Below, piece by piece: positions 17,829-27,431 of a stretch of 64,000 nucleotides of DNA (within the stretch, counting starts at the first letter, position 1; every line of letters begins with the position of its first letter). The translations under genes and the position numbers were made by a program. Under the pieces are notes generated by a model. The model did no database searches and was not told the DNA's origin. It worked only from the letters and a program-made list of their open reading frames with translations. Location: IMG/VR virus record IMGVR_UViG_3300037471_001473, positions 25,557 to 89,556 of that record. One strand, given 5' to 3'. Source of the DNA: a virus. Taxonomy: Duplodnaviria > Caudoviricetes.

Positions 17829-18407
17829 GTGAACCCATCCAAAGTCGAACAGATCCTGGCTAACCAGACCGCGCTAGCCCGCAAGGTCTACGACGCCACG
17901 CCCTTCGAGCAGCCGGCCACCGCGGCCGTCATCGGTACGGAGATGAAGCGTCTGCACGGCACCGTGCCGCCTCGCAACGTGATCGAGGGCTGCCTGGGCA
18001 AGCTGGTCGGCGCCAACCTGGTCAGGCAGACCGACAAGACCCATTACATCCGCGTGCCGGTGCGCGAGCTCGTGCAGCTGCCGGACGAGGAGCCGGCGCC
18101 GTCGCTGGCAGAGGAGCCGGCGCCGTCGCTGGCAGAGGTTGTCCAGGAAGCGGAGAGCCACCTGACCTCAGTCGACCGGCTCGGCATGATCTCGACCTCC
18201 CTGCGCAGCGCCATGGGCGTCGTCGCCGAGATGCGGATGAACCTGCAGCACGCCCTCGATCGACTGCAGGAGATCGAGGACGCGATGACGCACCAGGCCG
18301 ACCAGATCGACGCCACCGGCGTGCAGGTCGACGACGAGCTCAAGCAGGCCGGCGAAGCTGCCGAGCAGCTGGCCACCCTCAAGAAGATCTTCAACACCAT
18401 CAAGTAA
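17829..18407 (+). CDS. Hypothetical protein (possible winged-helix N-term + coiled coil)
   Basis: AAGGACTCACC-GTG; helical C-terminal half. Confidence 0.7.
   Translation: MNPSKVEQILANQTALARKVYDATPFEQPATAAVIGTEMKRLHGTVPPRNVIEGCLGKLVGANLVRQTDKTHYIRVPVRELVQLPDEEPAPSLAEEPAPSLAEVVQEAESHLTSVDRLGMISTSLRSAMGVVAEMRMNLQHALDRLQEIEDAMTHQADQIDATGVQVDDELKQAGEAAEQLATLKKIFNTIK
18087..18138 (+). repeat. Perfect in-frame 24-bp tandem duplication (EEPAPSLA x2)
   Basis: GAGGAGCCGGCGCCGTCGCTGGCA at 18087 and 18111. Confidence 0.9.
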
Positions 18408-18416
18408 GGAGCGCCC

Positions 18417-21400
18417 ATGAAACGTGGCCTCGTTGACCTGTCTTCGGTCATCTGGACCTGCCTGTTGGCGGGCATCGACAAAGAAAGCGGTCGCAAGATC
18501 GAGCGCGACGGCAAGACCTACCAGGTCAACTCGTGGCAGTACGGCTACGAGAACGCCATCGAGCACCTGCTGCATGCGATGCGCGACCTGGCGCTGCAGC
18601 CGCACGAGATGATCTTCGTGAAGGAGGGCTTGAACTCCAAGGCCAACCGGCAGCTGGTGTTCGCCGACTACAAGGCCAAGCGGGACAAGTGCGATGAGCA
18701 GTACGAGCAGTTCACGCTGTGCCGCGACAAGATCATCGACACCTTCCGCAGCATCGGCGCCAACATCTGCTGGCAGGACGGCGGCGTCGAAGGCGATGAC
18801 GTGCTGGGCTACCTGGCGCTCAACCTCGACTCGATCATCTACATCATCTCGGGCGACAAAGACTTGGCCCAGCTGGTCGACGGCAAGCGCATCCACCACT
18901 GGCGTGCCGGCGTGCTGGACGCCAACCCCTTCGGCGACTTCCCGCACAAGTACATCCCGGTCTACATCGCCCTGGTGGGCGACTCGACTGACAAGATCCC
19001 TGGCGCCCCCGGCTTCGGCAACGGCAAGTGGATCGACATGCTCATCAAGTTCGGCGACGACGCGATGGAGCTCATGGAAGGGCTCATCAAGGATCGGCAG
19101 CTGGCCAAGCTGAGCGAAGACGTGGGCGACTTCAAGCCGCTGCAGAAGATCCTCGACAACCCCGACAGCGTCTACGGCAGCTACGACTGCGGCCGCCTGC
19201 AGGTCGAGAAGGTGAACACGATGCGCCGGCCGCTGCAGTGGCTGGCCGGCATGGTGAAGCCGCGCGCCCTGATCGAGGACCACCGCCTGCAGAAGTGGGG
19301 CGGCGTGAAGCGCATCGTCTCGGCAGAGACCTACGACCAGGCGAAGGCCTGGGCCGCTGGCCACATCAGCGCCGGCCCCTTCGTCACGCTGGACGTCGAA
19401 ACCTCGACGCCCGACGAGAGCGACGAGTGGCTGGAGAGCATGGGCAAGGAGGAGAAGGCGGTCGACACGTTCGGTGCCGAGCTCACCTCGCTGCAGCTGA
19501 CCTTCGGAGCCAACCTGCAGTACAGCTTTTACTTCCCCGTCGACAACATCGAGACCGAGGGCTGCACCAACATCAGCGCCGAGCAGGTCGCGGCCTTCCT
19601 GGACATGATCCCGCGCTCGATGAAGATCATGATCCACAACGTGAGCTACGAGCTCCCGGTCTGCTACAACAGCTGGGGCCAGCTGTGGGCCGATGACCCC
19701 GACTACCACGGGTTCCTGCGCAACGTGCGCGACACGGCCATCATGTCGAGCTACGTGAACGAGAACCTGCCGCGCGGCCTGAAGGACCAGTCGGCCACGC
19801 GCCTGGGCTACCGCCAGCAGACCTACGAGGAGCTCACCGTGCGGTCGATGTACCGCGACGAGTGGAACGGCCGCGGCAAGGTGATCCACTCGCACCAGGA
19901 GCCGCAGCTGGAGCAGCAGGAGGTCATCGACTACGCCGGCAACGTGATCGGCACGAACGAGGTTCACAGCGGCGACCGCGAGCAGATCGTGGTCAAGTAC
20001 AAGATGCGCGACCTCACCGCCACCGAGTGCTTGGACTACGGCTGCGACGACGTGATCTGCACCGCCGCGCTGGCTGTGTTCTTCCAGATCATCATGGAGA
20101 TCGAGAAGACGTTGGAGGTGTGGGAGGACGTCGAGACCTACCCCGCCTACCTCACCGCGCTGGCCTACGTGCAGGGCACCAAGTTCTCCAAGGAGCGCAT
20201 GGCCGCCCAGGAGCGCGAGGACGACAAGGCCTACGACGAGGCGTGGCCGGTTCTGCGCCAGTACCTGATCGACGTCGGCTTCGACGGCACCATCACCCCG
20301 ACGATGCTGCCGGTCAACGACGCCGCGCAGCACAAGGACGACAAGGGTGAGTTGCCCCTGCACATCCTGGACTACACGCCCAAGGGTGTGAAGGTCGCCT
20401 ACACCATCGTCAGTGGCGGACGCACGCTGGACACCGGCGTGCGCATGTTCCCGAAGCTGGCCAAGGTGATGGTGTTGTCGTCGGAGGAGATCGAAGACGA
20501 GGACGTGGCTAACCGGGTCAAGCTGCTGGCCGCCGCTGTCGAGAAGGGCGACCTGGAGCAGATCAACGCGCTCATCAAGCAGTGCTACAGCGGCGAGCCC
20601 CAGCTTGACCTGGCGTCGCCCAAGCAGATGGCGCGGCTGATCTACGACGTCATGAAGGCCCCGATCCGGGTCATCAACGACGTCACGCCACTGGAGCGCG
20701 AGAAGAACCCTGCCCTCGACGCCGCCGTGGGCCGCTTCAAGAAGAAGCGCGCCGGTTCCCGCGAGACGATCGTGACCGAGGACGACCTGGCGCTGGTGCG
20801 CAAGAAGGCCAGCGGGAACGACACCGCGCTGGACATGGCCCTGGCCTTCGATGCCGAGGAGCTCGACGAGTCGGCCAAGAAGGCGATGAAGGCGATCGGC
20901 ATCATGAAGAAGGTGATGACCCGCCGGTCGCTGTTCTACAAGATCTACTGGAAGGTCGGTCACTGGAAGGACGGTCTGATCCGACCGAACGTCAACCAGT
21001 GCGCCGCGGTGACGCGCCGCTACAGCGCCTCGCTGCCCAACGTGCAGCAGCTGCCGAAGAAGGGTGAGGGCGTGAAGTTCCGCTCGTGCTACTTGCCGCA
21101 CAAGCCGAACGCAGTCATCGCCTCGATCGACTACGCTGGCCAGGAACTGCGCCTGGCCGCCGAGGTGTCCCAGGACAAGAACATGCTCGCGTGCTACGTG
21201 GGCGACAACCTGAAGGACATCCACTCGATCACCGCCGCCGGCGCGGTGCCGCTGAAGTGGGACACCGAGTTCCGCGAGCGCATGTGGGCCACCCACGGCG
21301 CCGACCTCCCGCGCGACGTCGAGGGCACGTACCAGATGTTCTGCCGCGTGCGTGCGCTGGGCAAGTCCGCGCCCGAGGGCAAGATCGCCGACGACCTGCG

Positions 21401-22016
21401 CAAGGACTCCAAGAACGTCAACTTCGGCGCCCAGAACGGCGCCTTCGCGGTGACCTTGGCCGAGCAGCTGATCATGCGTGTGGAGGACGCTCAGCTGTTC
21501 CTCGATGCCCGCGCCAAGATGTTCCCCGACGTGGACAAGGCCGCTGAGCGCGAGGCTGGCTTCGCCATGCACCACGGCTACGCCTTGACCTTGATGGGCG
21601 CGCGCCGCCACCTGGCCGACAGCATCATGTCGGTCGACAAGTCGGCGGCCAACCGTGCCGCTCGCCAGGCCTGGAACTTCAAGATCCAGGGCTCGGCCGG
21701 CGAGATGACCAAGCTGGGCATGAAGCGGATCTGGCTGTCGAAGATCTTCTTCCGCTACGACGCTCGCTTCATCGCCCCGATTCACGACGAACTCGTGAGC
21801 TCGGTGGTCGCTGAGCACGCCGTGGACTTCCTGCGCGAGAAGCACGCGGCCATGACCGGCAGCTACGCGACGATGCAGGTCCCCATCCTGGGCTCGATCT
21901 CCGTCGGACCCGACTTCGCCAACCAGACCGAGTGCGGTGAGAAGTTCGATGAGGTCGAGATCCGCAAGGCGCTGGACAAGATCTTCAAACCCGAAGCCCT
22001 GAAGGAGGCTGCATGA
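18417..22016 (+). CDS. polA: Family A DNA polymerase with 5'-3' nuclease, 3'-5' exonuclease and polymerase domains
   Basis: FEN motifs EGDDVLG, SGDKDLAQL, LVGDSTDKIPG; Exo LDVET, HNVSYE, YGCDD; Pol PNVQQLP, DYAGQELR, KNVNFG, IQGSAG, IHDEL. Confidence 0.95.
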   Translation: MKRGLVDLSSVIWTCLLAGIDKESGRKIERDGKTYQVNSWQYGYENAIEHLLHAMRDLALQPHEMIFVKEGLNSKANRQLVFADYKAKRDKCDEQYEQFTLCRDKIIDTFRSIGANICWQDGGVEGDDVLGYLALNLDSIIYIISGDKDLAQLVDGKRIHHWRAGVLDANPFGDFPHKYIPVYIALVGDSTDKIPGAPGFGNGKWIDMLIKFGDDAMELMEGLIKDRQLAKLSEDVGDFKPLQKILDNPDSVYGSYDCGRLQVEKVNTMRRPLQWLAGMVKPRALIEDHRLQKWGGVKRIVSAETYDQAKAWAAGHISAGPFVTLDVETSTPDESDEWLESMGKEEKAVDTFGAELTSLQLTFGANLQYSFYFPVDNIETEGCTNISAEQVAAFLDMIPRSMKIMIHNVSYELPVCYNSWGQLWADDPDYHGFLRNVRDTAIMSSYVNENLPRGLKDQSATRLGYRQQTYEELTVRSMYRDEWNGRGKVIHSHQEPQLEQQEVIDYAGNVIGTNEVHSGDREQIVVKYKMRDLTATECLDYGCDDVICTAALAVFFQIIMEIEKTLEVWEDVETYPAYLTALAYVQGTKFSKERMAAQEREDDKAYDEAWPVLRQYLIDVGFDGTITPTMLPVNDAAQHKDDKGELPLHILDYTPKGVKVAYTIVSGGRTLDTGVRMFPKLAKVMVLSSEEIEDEDVANRVKLLAAAVEKGDLEQINALIKQCYSGEPQLDLASPKQMARLIYDVMKAPIRVINDVTPLEREKNPALDAAVGRFKKKRAGSRETIVTEDDLALVRKKASGNDTALDMALAFDAEELDESAKKAMKAIGIMKKVMTRRSLFYKIYWKVGHWKDGLIRPNVNQCAAVTRRYSASLPNVQQLPKKGEGVKFRSCYLPHKPNAVIASIDYAGQELRLAAEVSQDKNMLACYVGDNLKDIHSITAAGAVPLKWDTEFRERMWATHGADLPRDVEGTYQMFCRVRALGKSAPEGKIADDLRKDSKNVNFGAQNGAFAVTLAEQLIMRVEDAQLFLDARAKMFPDVDKAAEREAGFAMHHGYALTLMGARRHLADSIMSVDKSAANRAARQAWNFKIQGSAGEMTKLGMKRIWLSKIFFRYDARFIAPIHDELVSSVVAEHAVDFLREKHAAMTGSYATMQVPILGSISVGPDFANQTECGEKFDEVEIRKALDKIFKPEALKEAA

Positions 22017-22474
22017 CCCGCGAGAAGAACGACGACCTCGGCAAATGGGCCGAGGGTGAGACCCAGAAGTGGCTGACCAAACGGGCCGAGTCCGAGCTCG
22101 GCTTCGCCTGGCATCGCATGCCCGATGCGCGTTCGGCGCGCGGCGCGCTGGCGGCGCAGCCCGGCGACTTCATCACCGCCCGCAAGGTCGACGGCCGCGA
22201 GCCGCGCACCGTGTGGCTGGAGGTGAAGGAGACCGCGGAGGAGCGGCGCTTTCCTCGCGCCAAGGTCGCGCAGTGGGCGAAGCTGCGTCGCTTCTGGATC
22301 GCCGGCAACGACGTCATCGTCTTGGTCTACCGCTCGATGTTCAAAGACTGGACTTACCTGCGGGCCCGCGAGTTGTTCATCTACGACGGCGACGAAGCCC
22401 CCAAGTCTTTCCCCTTCGAGGGTCGTCCGACCTTCCCCACCCACAACGAAGCACTCGACGAGATCTACAAATGA
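22013..22474 (+). CDS. PD-(D/E)xK nuclease, RecU-like Holliday junction resolvase
   Basis: GKWAE...QPGDF...WLEVKET pattern. Confidence 0.7.
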   Translation: MTREKNDDLGKWAEGETQKWLTKRAESELGFAWHRMPDARSARGALAAQPGDFITARKVDGREPRTVWLEVKETAEERRFPRAKVAQWAKLRRFWIAGNDVIVLVYRSMFKDWTYLRARELFIYDGDEAPKSFPFEGRPTFPTHNEALDEIYK

Positions 22475-23346
22475 GCGGCGCATTCCAACCCCTCCTGGCC
22501 AGCCCGTACAACCCCAAGCACCTGGACTACGACAACCTGTGGGGCAGTCCGAAGCTGGACGGCATCCGCGCCTTCATCGAAGGTGGGCGGGCGCTGTCGC
22601 GCAAGCTGAAGCTGATCCCCAACAAGCATGTGCAGGAGCAGATCGCCGCCTACGAGGGCTACGACGGCGAGCTCATCGTCGGCGAGCCTCACGCCAAGGA
22701 CGTCTACAACAAGACCTACAGCGGCGTCATGACGGCCGTGGGCACGCCGGACTTCCGTTTCTACGTGTTCGATCACACGATGGCGCCCGAGGCCGAGTAC
22801 CACCGGCGTCACAGCCTGCTGCGCGACGAGGGCCCGGTGATCGTGCTGCCCCAGGTGCCCATCACCAGTCCCGAGGAGCTCCTGCGCTACGAGGAGTCGC
22901 AGCTGGAGCTCGGCTACGAGGGCATCATGCTGCGCAAGTTCAAGGGGCCGCTGTCGACCTACAAGTTCGGCCGCTCCACCGCGAAGGAGGGCACGCTGCT
23001 GAAGGTCAAGCGCTTCGTCGACGCCGAGGTCACGGTCATCGGCTACGTCGAGGAGATGCGCAACGACAACGAGGCGACGATCGACGAGCGCGGCCTCACG
23101 AAGCGCAGCAGCCACCAGGAGAACAAGGTCGGTAAGGGTCGCCTGGGCGCCTTGATCTGCCGCACCGAGGCCGGTATCGAGTTCAACGTGGGCAGCGGCT
23201 TCACTGCCGAGCAGCGTGAGAAGCTGTGGGCCGTGCGCGACACCTTGCCCGGCCTGCTGATCACCTACAAGTCCTTCATGATCGGCGTGAAGGACGCGCC
23301 ACGGTTCCCGGTCTTCAAGGGATTCCGGTCTCCGATCGACCTCTGA
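22471..23346 (+). CDS. ATP-dependent DNA ligase
   Basis: SPKLDGIRA (KxDG), YDGEL, EGIMLR, LLKVKRF; C-terminal OB fold ending PRFPVFKGFR. Confidence 0.95.
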   Translation: MSGAFQPLLASPYNPKHLDYDNLWGSPKLDGIRAFIEGGRALSRKLKLIPNKHVQEQIAAYEGYDGELIVGEPHAKDVYNKTYSGVMTAVGTPDFRFYVFDHTMAPEAEYHRRHSLLRDEGPVIVLPQVPITSPEELLRYEESQLELGYEGIMLRKFKGPLSTYKFGRSTAKEGTLLKVKRFVDAEVTVIGYVEEMRNDNEATIDERGLTKRSSHQENKVGKGRLGALICRTEAGIEFNVGSGFTAEQREKLWAVRDTLPGLLITYKSFMIGVKDAPRFPVFKGFRSPIDL

Positions 23347-23382
23347 CATAATCGAACGAAAGGACGGGGAACCCCGTCCTTT
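23344..23382 (+). promoter_or_regulatory. Second copy of 21-bp element with -10-like CATAAT and downstream hairpin
   Basis: TGACATAATCGAACGAAAGGA; AAAGGACGGGG-AA-CCCCGTCCTTT. Confidence 0.55.
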
Positions 23383-23398
23383 CCACTGAGGAACACCG

Positions 23399-24481
23399 AT
23401 GCTCATCCTGAACGACACCCACCTGGGGTTCACCCGCAACGCCGGCACGACCCCCGCCTCGCGCGAGAACCTGCGCACCTATCTGTTCGAGCAGCTGGAG
23501 AAGCTGCTGAAGACCACCGACGAGAAGCACCTGCTCATCGTCGGCGACCTGTTCGACAACTTCGAGATCCCCACCCGCGACTGGCTGCAGACCTACGTGC
23601 TGCTGCTCGACTGGGTCGGCCGCCTGGGCAGGGAACTGACGCTGGTCGCCGGCAACCACGACTGGTCGCCCAAGGGCACCCGAATGTCCTCCTTCGAGAT
23701 GCTGTGCCGAGTGCTGCAGCACGGCCCGTACAAGGACAGCGTCAACGTCTGCAACATCGACGAGGGTCTCTATAGCCACGACGAGCGCGTCGTCGTCGTG
23801 GCCCACTGCTCGAACCAGGACGTGTTCAACCAGCGCCTGGGCCAGATGATCGACGACTTCACCGCCAGGCCGCAGGACGAGCGCCCGACGCACCTGTTCC
23901 TGCACGCGAACTTCGACAACAACTTCGCCGCGCAGAGCGATCACAGCCTCAACGTGAGCCGCGAGCAGGCGCAGAAGTTCATCGACCTGGGGATCAAGTT
24001 GGTCTTCGCTCACGAGCACCAGAACAAGGTCGACATGGGCGGCAGCGTGATCATCATGGGCAATCAGTGGCCCACCTCGATCTCCGACTGCCTGAACAAC
24101 GGCGTGAAGATGTACCACGTGCTGCGCGACGGCGAGCTCACCGGCGAGTTCACCTGGCAGGCCCAGGGCAGCTTCTACGTGGTCAACTGGCGCGAGCTCG
24201 CCGACTTCGAGTTCCCCGCTCAGTTCGTCCGCGTCGCCGGCGAGGCCAGCGAGAACGAGGCGGCCGACGCCATCAACGCCGTGGCCAAGTTCCGCCAGCG
24301 CAGCGAGGCGTTCGTCGTCACCAACGCGGTGAAGATCGCCGGCATCGCCCAGGACGACACGCTGCCCGAGCAGATCGCCGAGGCGGCTCACTTCAGCATC
24401 ATCGAGTTCATGCGTGAGCGCCTTGAACAGGCCGAGAGCGAGGCGCTGGACGGCCTGATGGCTAAGGCAGCGCAATCATGA
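23399..24481 (+). CDS. Calcineurin-like metallophosphoesterase, SbcD/Mre11-like nuclease
   Basis: NDTHLG, GDLFD, GNHD, LHAN, AHEH; adjacent to SMC ATPase. Confidence 0.88.
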   Translation: MLILNDTHLGFTRNAGTTPASRENLRTYLFEQLEKLLKTTDEKHLLIVGDLFDNFEIPTRDWLQTYVLLLDWVGRLGRELTLVAGNHDWSPKGTRMSSFEMLCRVLQHGPYKDSVNVCNIDEGLYSHDERVVVVAHCSNQDVFNQRLGQMIDDFTARPQDERPTHLFLHANFDNNFAAQSDHSLNVSREQAQKFIDLGIKLVFAHEHQNKVDMGGSVIIMGNQWPTSISDCLNNGVKMYHVLRDGELTGEFTWQAQGSFYVVNWRELADFEFPAQFVRVAGEASENEAADAINAVAKFRQRSEAFVVTNAVKIAGIAQDDTLPEQIAEAAHFSIIEFMRERLEQAESEALDGLMAKAAQS

Positions 24482-24705
24482 ACCACTTCACCAGCTTCGA
24501 CTGGTGGATGTTCGGCTCGCTGACTGGCGCCGCGGTCCTGTTCGGTATCGCCATGGCGATCGACGACATCAAACAAAGGAAAACCAATGCTCATCTCCCT
24601 CGACCTCACCTTCTTTCGTCGGCACGAACGCTTGCACGTCGACTTCTCCGACGGCCTGAACGCTCTGCGCGGCCCCAACGAGAGCGGCAAGACGACCATC
24701 ACTGA
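24478..24705 (+). CDS. Small membrane protein (uncertain; overlaps SbcC-like gene by 119 bp)
   Basis: ATGA coupling; hydrophobic WWMFGSLTGAAVLFGIAMAI. Confidence 0.4.
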   Translation: MNHFTSFDWWMFGSLTGAAVLFGIAMAIDDIKQRKTNAHLPRPHLLSSARTLARRLLRRPERSARPQRERQDDHH

Positions 24706-26743
24706 GGCGCTGCTGTACGCCTGGTACGGCGCCGACGCGCTGCGCGACCCGCTGGTCGACGTGGTCACCTGGGGCCGCAAGGACAACGAGCTCCGCGTGT
24801 CCTCGGTGATGCAGGTCAACGGCACGCGCTACACCGCCACCCGCTCCAAGAGCGGCGCCGAGATCAACTGGATCGACGCCGAGGGCGTGCAGCGCAAGGT
24901 CGCCGGCCAGAAGGAGACCAAGGCGTTCACCACCGATCTCCTGGGCGCCGACTGGAAGACGGCCAACATGCTGATGTTGGCCAGCCAGGCCGGCCTGCGC
25001 GGCGCGCTGGAGGCAGGCACCACCGGCATCTCGACGCTGATCGGCAAGCTGGCCGACTTCGACGCCATCGACAAGATCCTGGCCGCTGCTGAGCGGCACT
25101 GGATGCTTGGCTCGGACGAGCCGCTGCGCGCGAAGCTGGAGACGGCGTTGGCCGATGCCGCCCAGGCGCAGAACGAGCTCATCGGTGCCGACCAGCTGCC
25201 CGGCCTGGACAAGGTGATCGAGACGGCCCGCGAGGGCCTGGCGCGCAGCGAGGCCAACGTCATCGAGAACCTGCAGCCCGCCCTCGACGCCGCGCGCGCC
25301 GCCGACGACGAGGCGAAGGAAAAGCTGGCCAGCCACGAGCGTGCCCAGCAAAACCTCACCGCGGTGCTGCAGAAGCTGCAGACCGAGCGCGCGCGCCTGG
25401 TTGACGCCGAGCGGCGCGCCGCCGACGCCCCCGACCCGGCCGCCCTGCAGGCGCTGCGCCACAAGCTGGCCAACGCCACCGAGTCGGCGCGCCTGAGCGC
25501 GCTGTACCGCGAGTTCAACGCCCTGCCGGCCTACCCGGCTGCCTACTGGGATGAGCCGGTGGGCAAGCTGGAGGTCGCCGAGCGCGATAACACTGCGGCG
25601 CTGACCAAAGCCCAGACCGAGCGCAGCGAGGCCGCCGCTGAGCTCCGCGTGCTGCAGGGGCGCTTCCTGCGCACTGGCAACTGCCCGACCTGCAACCAGC
25701 CCATCAACGACGACGAGCACGCCCGCCGGCACAACGCCGAGACCGAGGCCGCTGTGGCGTCGCTGCAGGCCCGTATCGCGTCTCTGGATAGCCAGATCGC
25801 CGATCTGCAGGGCACCCGACAGGACTTCGAGCAGCTGCGCGCCGCCGCGAAGCCGTTCCTGAACGCCGTGGTGCGCTTCGGCACCCTGGTGGAGCCTGAC
25901 GACAGCGTGTTCCCGCCGCGGCTGGCCTGGAAGGCCGACGTGCCCCCGGCCGAGCAGCTGGACCCCAAGGCCCTGCAGGCTGAGATCAGCGCCCTGGAGG
26001 CGCGCCAGAACGCCTGCGCGCAGGCTACCGGCGCCGCGGCCGCGCACCGCGCCGCCGTCGAGGAGCTCGAAGCGGCCGTGAAGGCGTGCCAGGACGTGCT
26101 GGACGTGTGCCCCTGGGTGGACCTGAAGCCCACTGCGGCGATGTACGAGGAGGCGTACCAGGCCTACCTGAAGGGCGCCGAGCACGTGCGCCACGTGCGC
26201 TCCGAGCTCGACAACATCGTGGCCCAGCGCAACGAGTACGCCGCGCGCGTGCAGCAGGCCCAGCAGCGCCACGAGATGGCGGTGAGCCAGGCCAAGGTCA
26301 TCGAGCAGGACATCCGCCAGATGGCCTTCCACAACGCACTGGTGAAGAAGGTGAAGGGGTTCAAGCCGCTGGTCACCGACCACCTGTGGAACACCGTGCT
26401 GGCAGCGGTCTCGACCTACTTCAGCCAGATGCGCGGCGAAGCCTCGGTCGTGACCAAGAACGCCGACGGCTTCCAGATCAACGACAAGCCGGTCACCAGC
26501 TACAGCGGCAGCACGCTTGACGTGCTGGCGCTGGGTATGCGAGCGGCGCTGAGCAAGACCTTCTTGCCCAACACGTCGTTCATGTGCCTCGACGAGCCGG
26601 CTCACGGGTGCGACCCCGTGCGCACAGGCAACGTCCTCGCCTTCCTGGCCGGCATCGGCTTCGACCAGGTCATCCTGGCCTCTCACGACGAGCTCAGCGA
26701 GTCGGTGGCCAACAACGTCATCCAACTGGGGGAACCCGCATGA
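24587..26743 (+). CDS. SbcC/Rad50-like SMC ATPase
   Basis: GPNESGKTT, coiled coils, CPTC zinc hook, YSGS signature variant, CLDEP, H-loop SHD. Confidence 0.92.
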   Translation: MLISLDLTFFRRHERLHVDFSDGLNALRGPNESGKTTITEALLYAWYGADALRDPLVDVVTWGRKDNELRVSSVMQVNGTRYTATRSKSGAEINWIDAEGVQRKVAGQKETKAFTTDLLGADWKTANMLMLASQAGLRGALEAGTTGISTLIGKLADFDAIDKILAAAERHWMLGSDEPLRAKLETALADAAQAQNELIGADQLPGLDKVIETAREGLARSEANVIENLQPALDAARAADDEAKEKLASHERAQQNLTAVLQKLQTERARLVDAERRAADAPDPAALQALRHKLANATESARLSALYREFNALPAYPAAYWDEPVGKLEVAERDNTAALTKAQTERSEAAAELRVLQGRFLRTGNCPTCNQPINDDEHARRHNAETEAAVASLQARIASLDSQIADLQGTRQDFEQLRAAAKPFLNAVVRFGTLVEPDDSVFPPRLAWKADVPPAEQLDPKALQAEISALEARQNACAQATGAAAAHRAAVEELEAAVKACQDVLDVCPWVDLKPTAAMYEEAYQAYLKGAEHVRHVRSELDNIVAQRNEYAARVQQAQQRHEMAVSQAKVIEQDIRQMAFHNALVKKVKGFKPLVTDHLWNTVLAAVSTYFSQMRGEASVVTKNADGFQINDKPVTSYSGSTLDVLALGMRAALSKTFLPNTSFMCLDEPAHGCDPVRTGNVLAFLAGIGFDQVILASHDELSESVANNVIQLGEPA

Positions 26744-27420
26744 AACTGACCTTCCCTGCCCTGCGCGTGGCCAACACGCTGCGCATGCCCGAGTTCAAGA
26801 ACAAGCACGGCGAGCTCGCGCACAAGAAGCCTGACGGCAGCGACTGGAACCCTCACCAGTGGTTCCAGGCGCTGCTCGGCGAGATCGGTGAGTTCGCTCG
26901 CACCCGCTTGAACTACGACCAGGGCAGCACCAATCGGGCCGAGTTCACCAAGGAAGCGCGCAAGGAGGCGGCCGACGTCCAGACCTACCTGGACATCTGC
27001 TCGCTGCGCTTCCTCGACGAGATCGAGGAGGTCAAGCAGATGACCCCCGAGATGCTGCTGATGGAGATCGTCGCGAGCCTGGGCGAGTACGCCAACGCCC
27101 GCAAGAAGTTCCAGCGCGGCGACATCACGGCCGAGCAGTTCGAGCAGCAACATCGCGAGCACCTGACCAACGCCAGCATGCTGCTGGAGGACCTGATGCC
27201 AGTCTTCCGCATCAAGGATCAGCCGACGCCGGTGACCCACGCGGCCGCCGGCATCGACCTGGGTGACACCACCATCGAGAAGTTCAACGAGGTCTCGCTC
27301 CGCGTGAAGTCCAACGTGTTCATCACGCGCGACGGCGTGCGCAAGGCCAGCAGCGAGCGCGAGCGCGAGATCTTCGCCTACAACACCGACCCCACCTCCA
27401 TCCACCCCTGCTACGACTGA
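26740..27420 (+). CDS. MazG-like nucleotide pyrophosphohydrolase with duplicated core
   Basis: LLGEIGEFA...KEAADVQTYLD then second degenerate SLGEYANARKKFQRGD; C-term IDLGDTTIEKFNEVS. Confidence 0.75.
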   Translation: MKLTFPALRVANTLRMPEFKNKHGELAHKKPDGSDWNPHQWFQALLGEIGEFARTRLNYDQGSTNRAEFTKEARKEAADVQTYLDICSLRFLDEIEEVKQMTPEMLLMEIVASLGEYANARKKFQRGDITAEQFEQQHREHLTNASMLLEDLMPVFRIKDQPTPVTHAAAGIDLGDTTIEKFNEVSLRVKSNVFITRDGVRKASSEREREIFAYNTDPTSIHPCYD

Positions 27421-27431
27421 AGGAGACCACC

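Noticed and set aside
18168-21845. 1225-aa antisense ORF opposite the polymerase (also 10910-13393 and 24569-26725)
   Set aside because: Shadow frames: strong GC3 bias on the sense strand removes TTA/CTA/TCA and so antisense stops; translations have no motifs or RBS.
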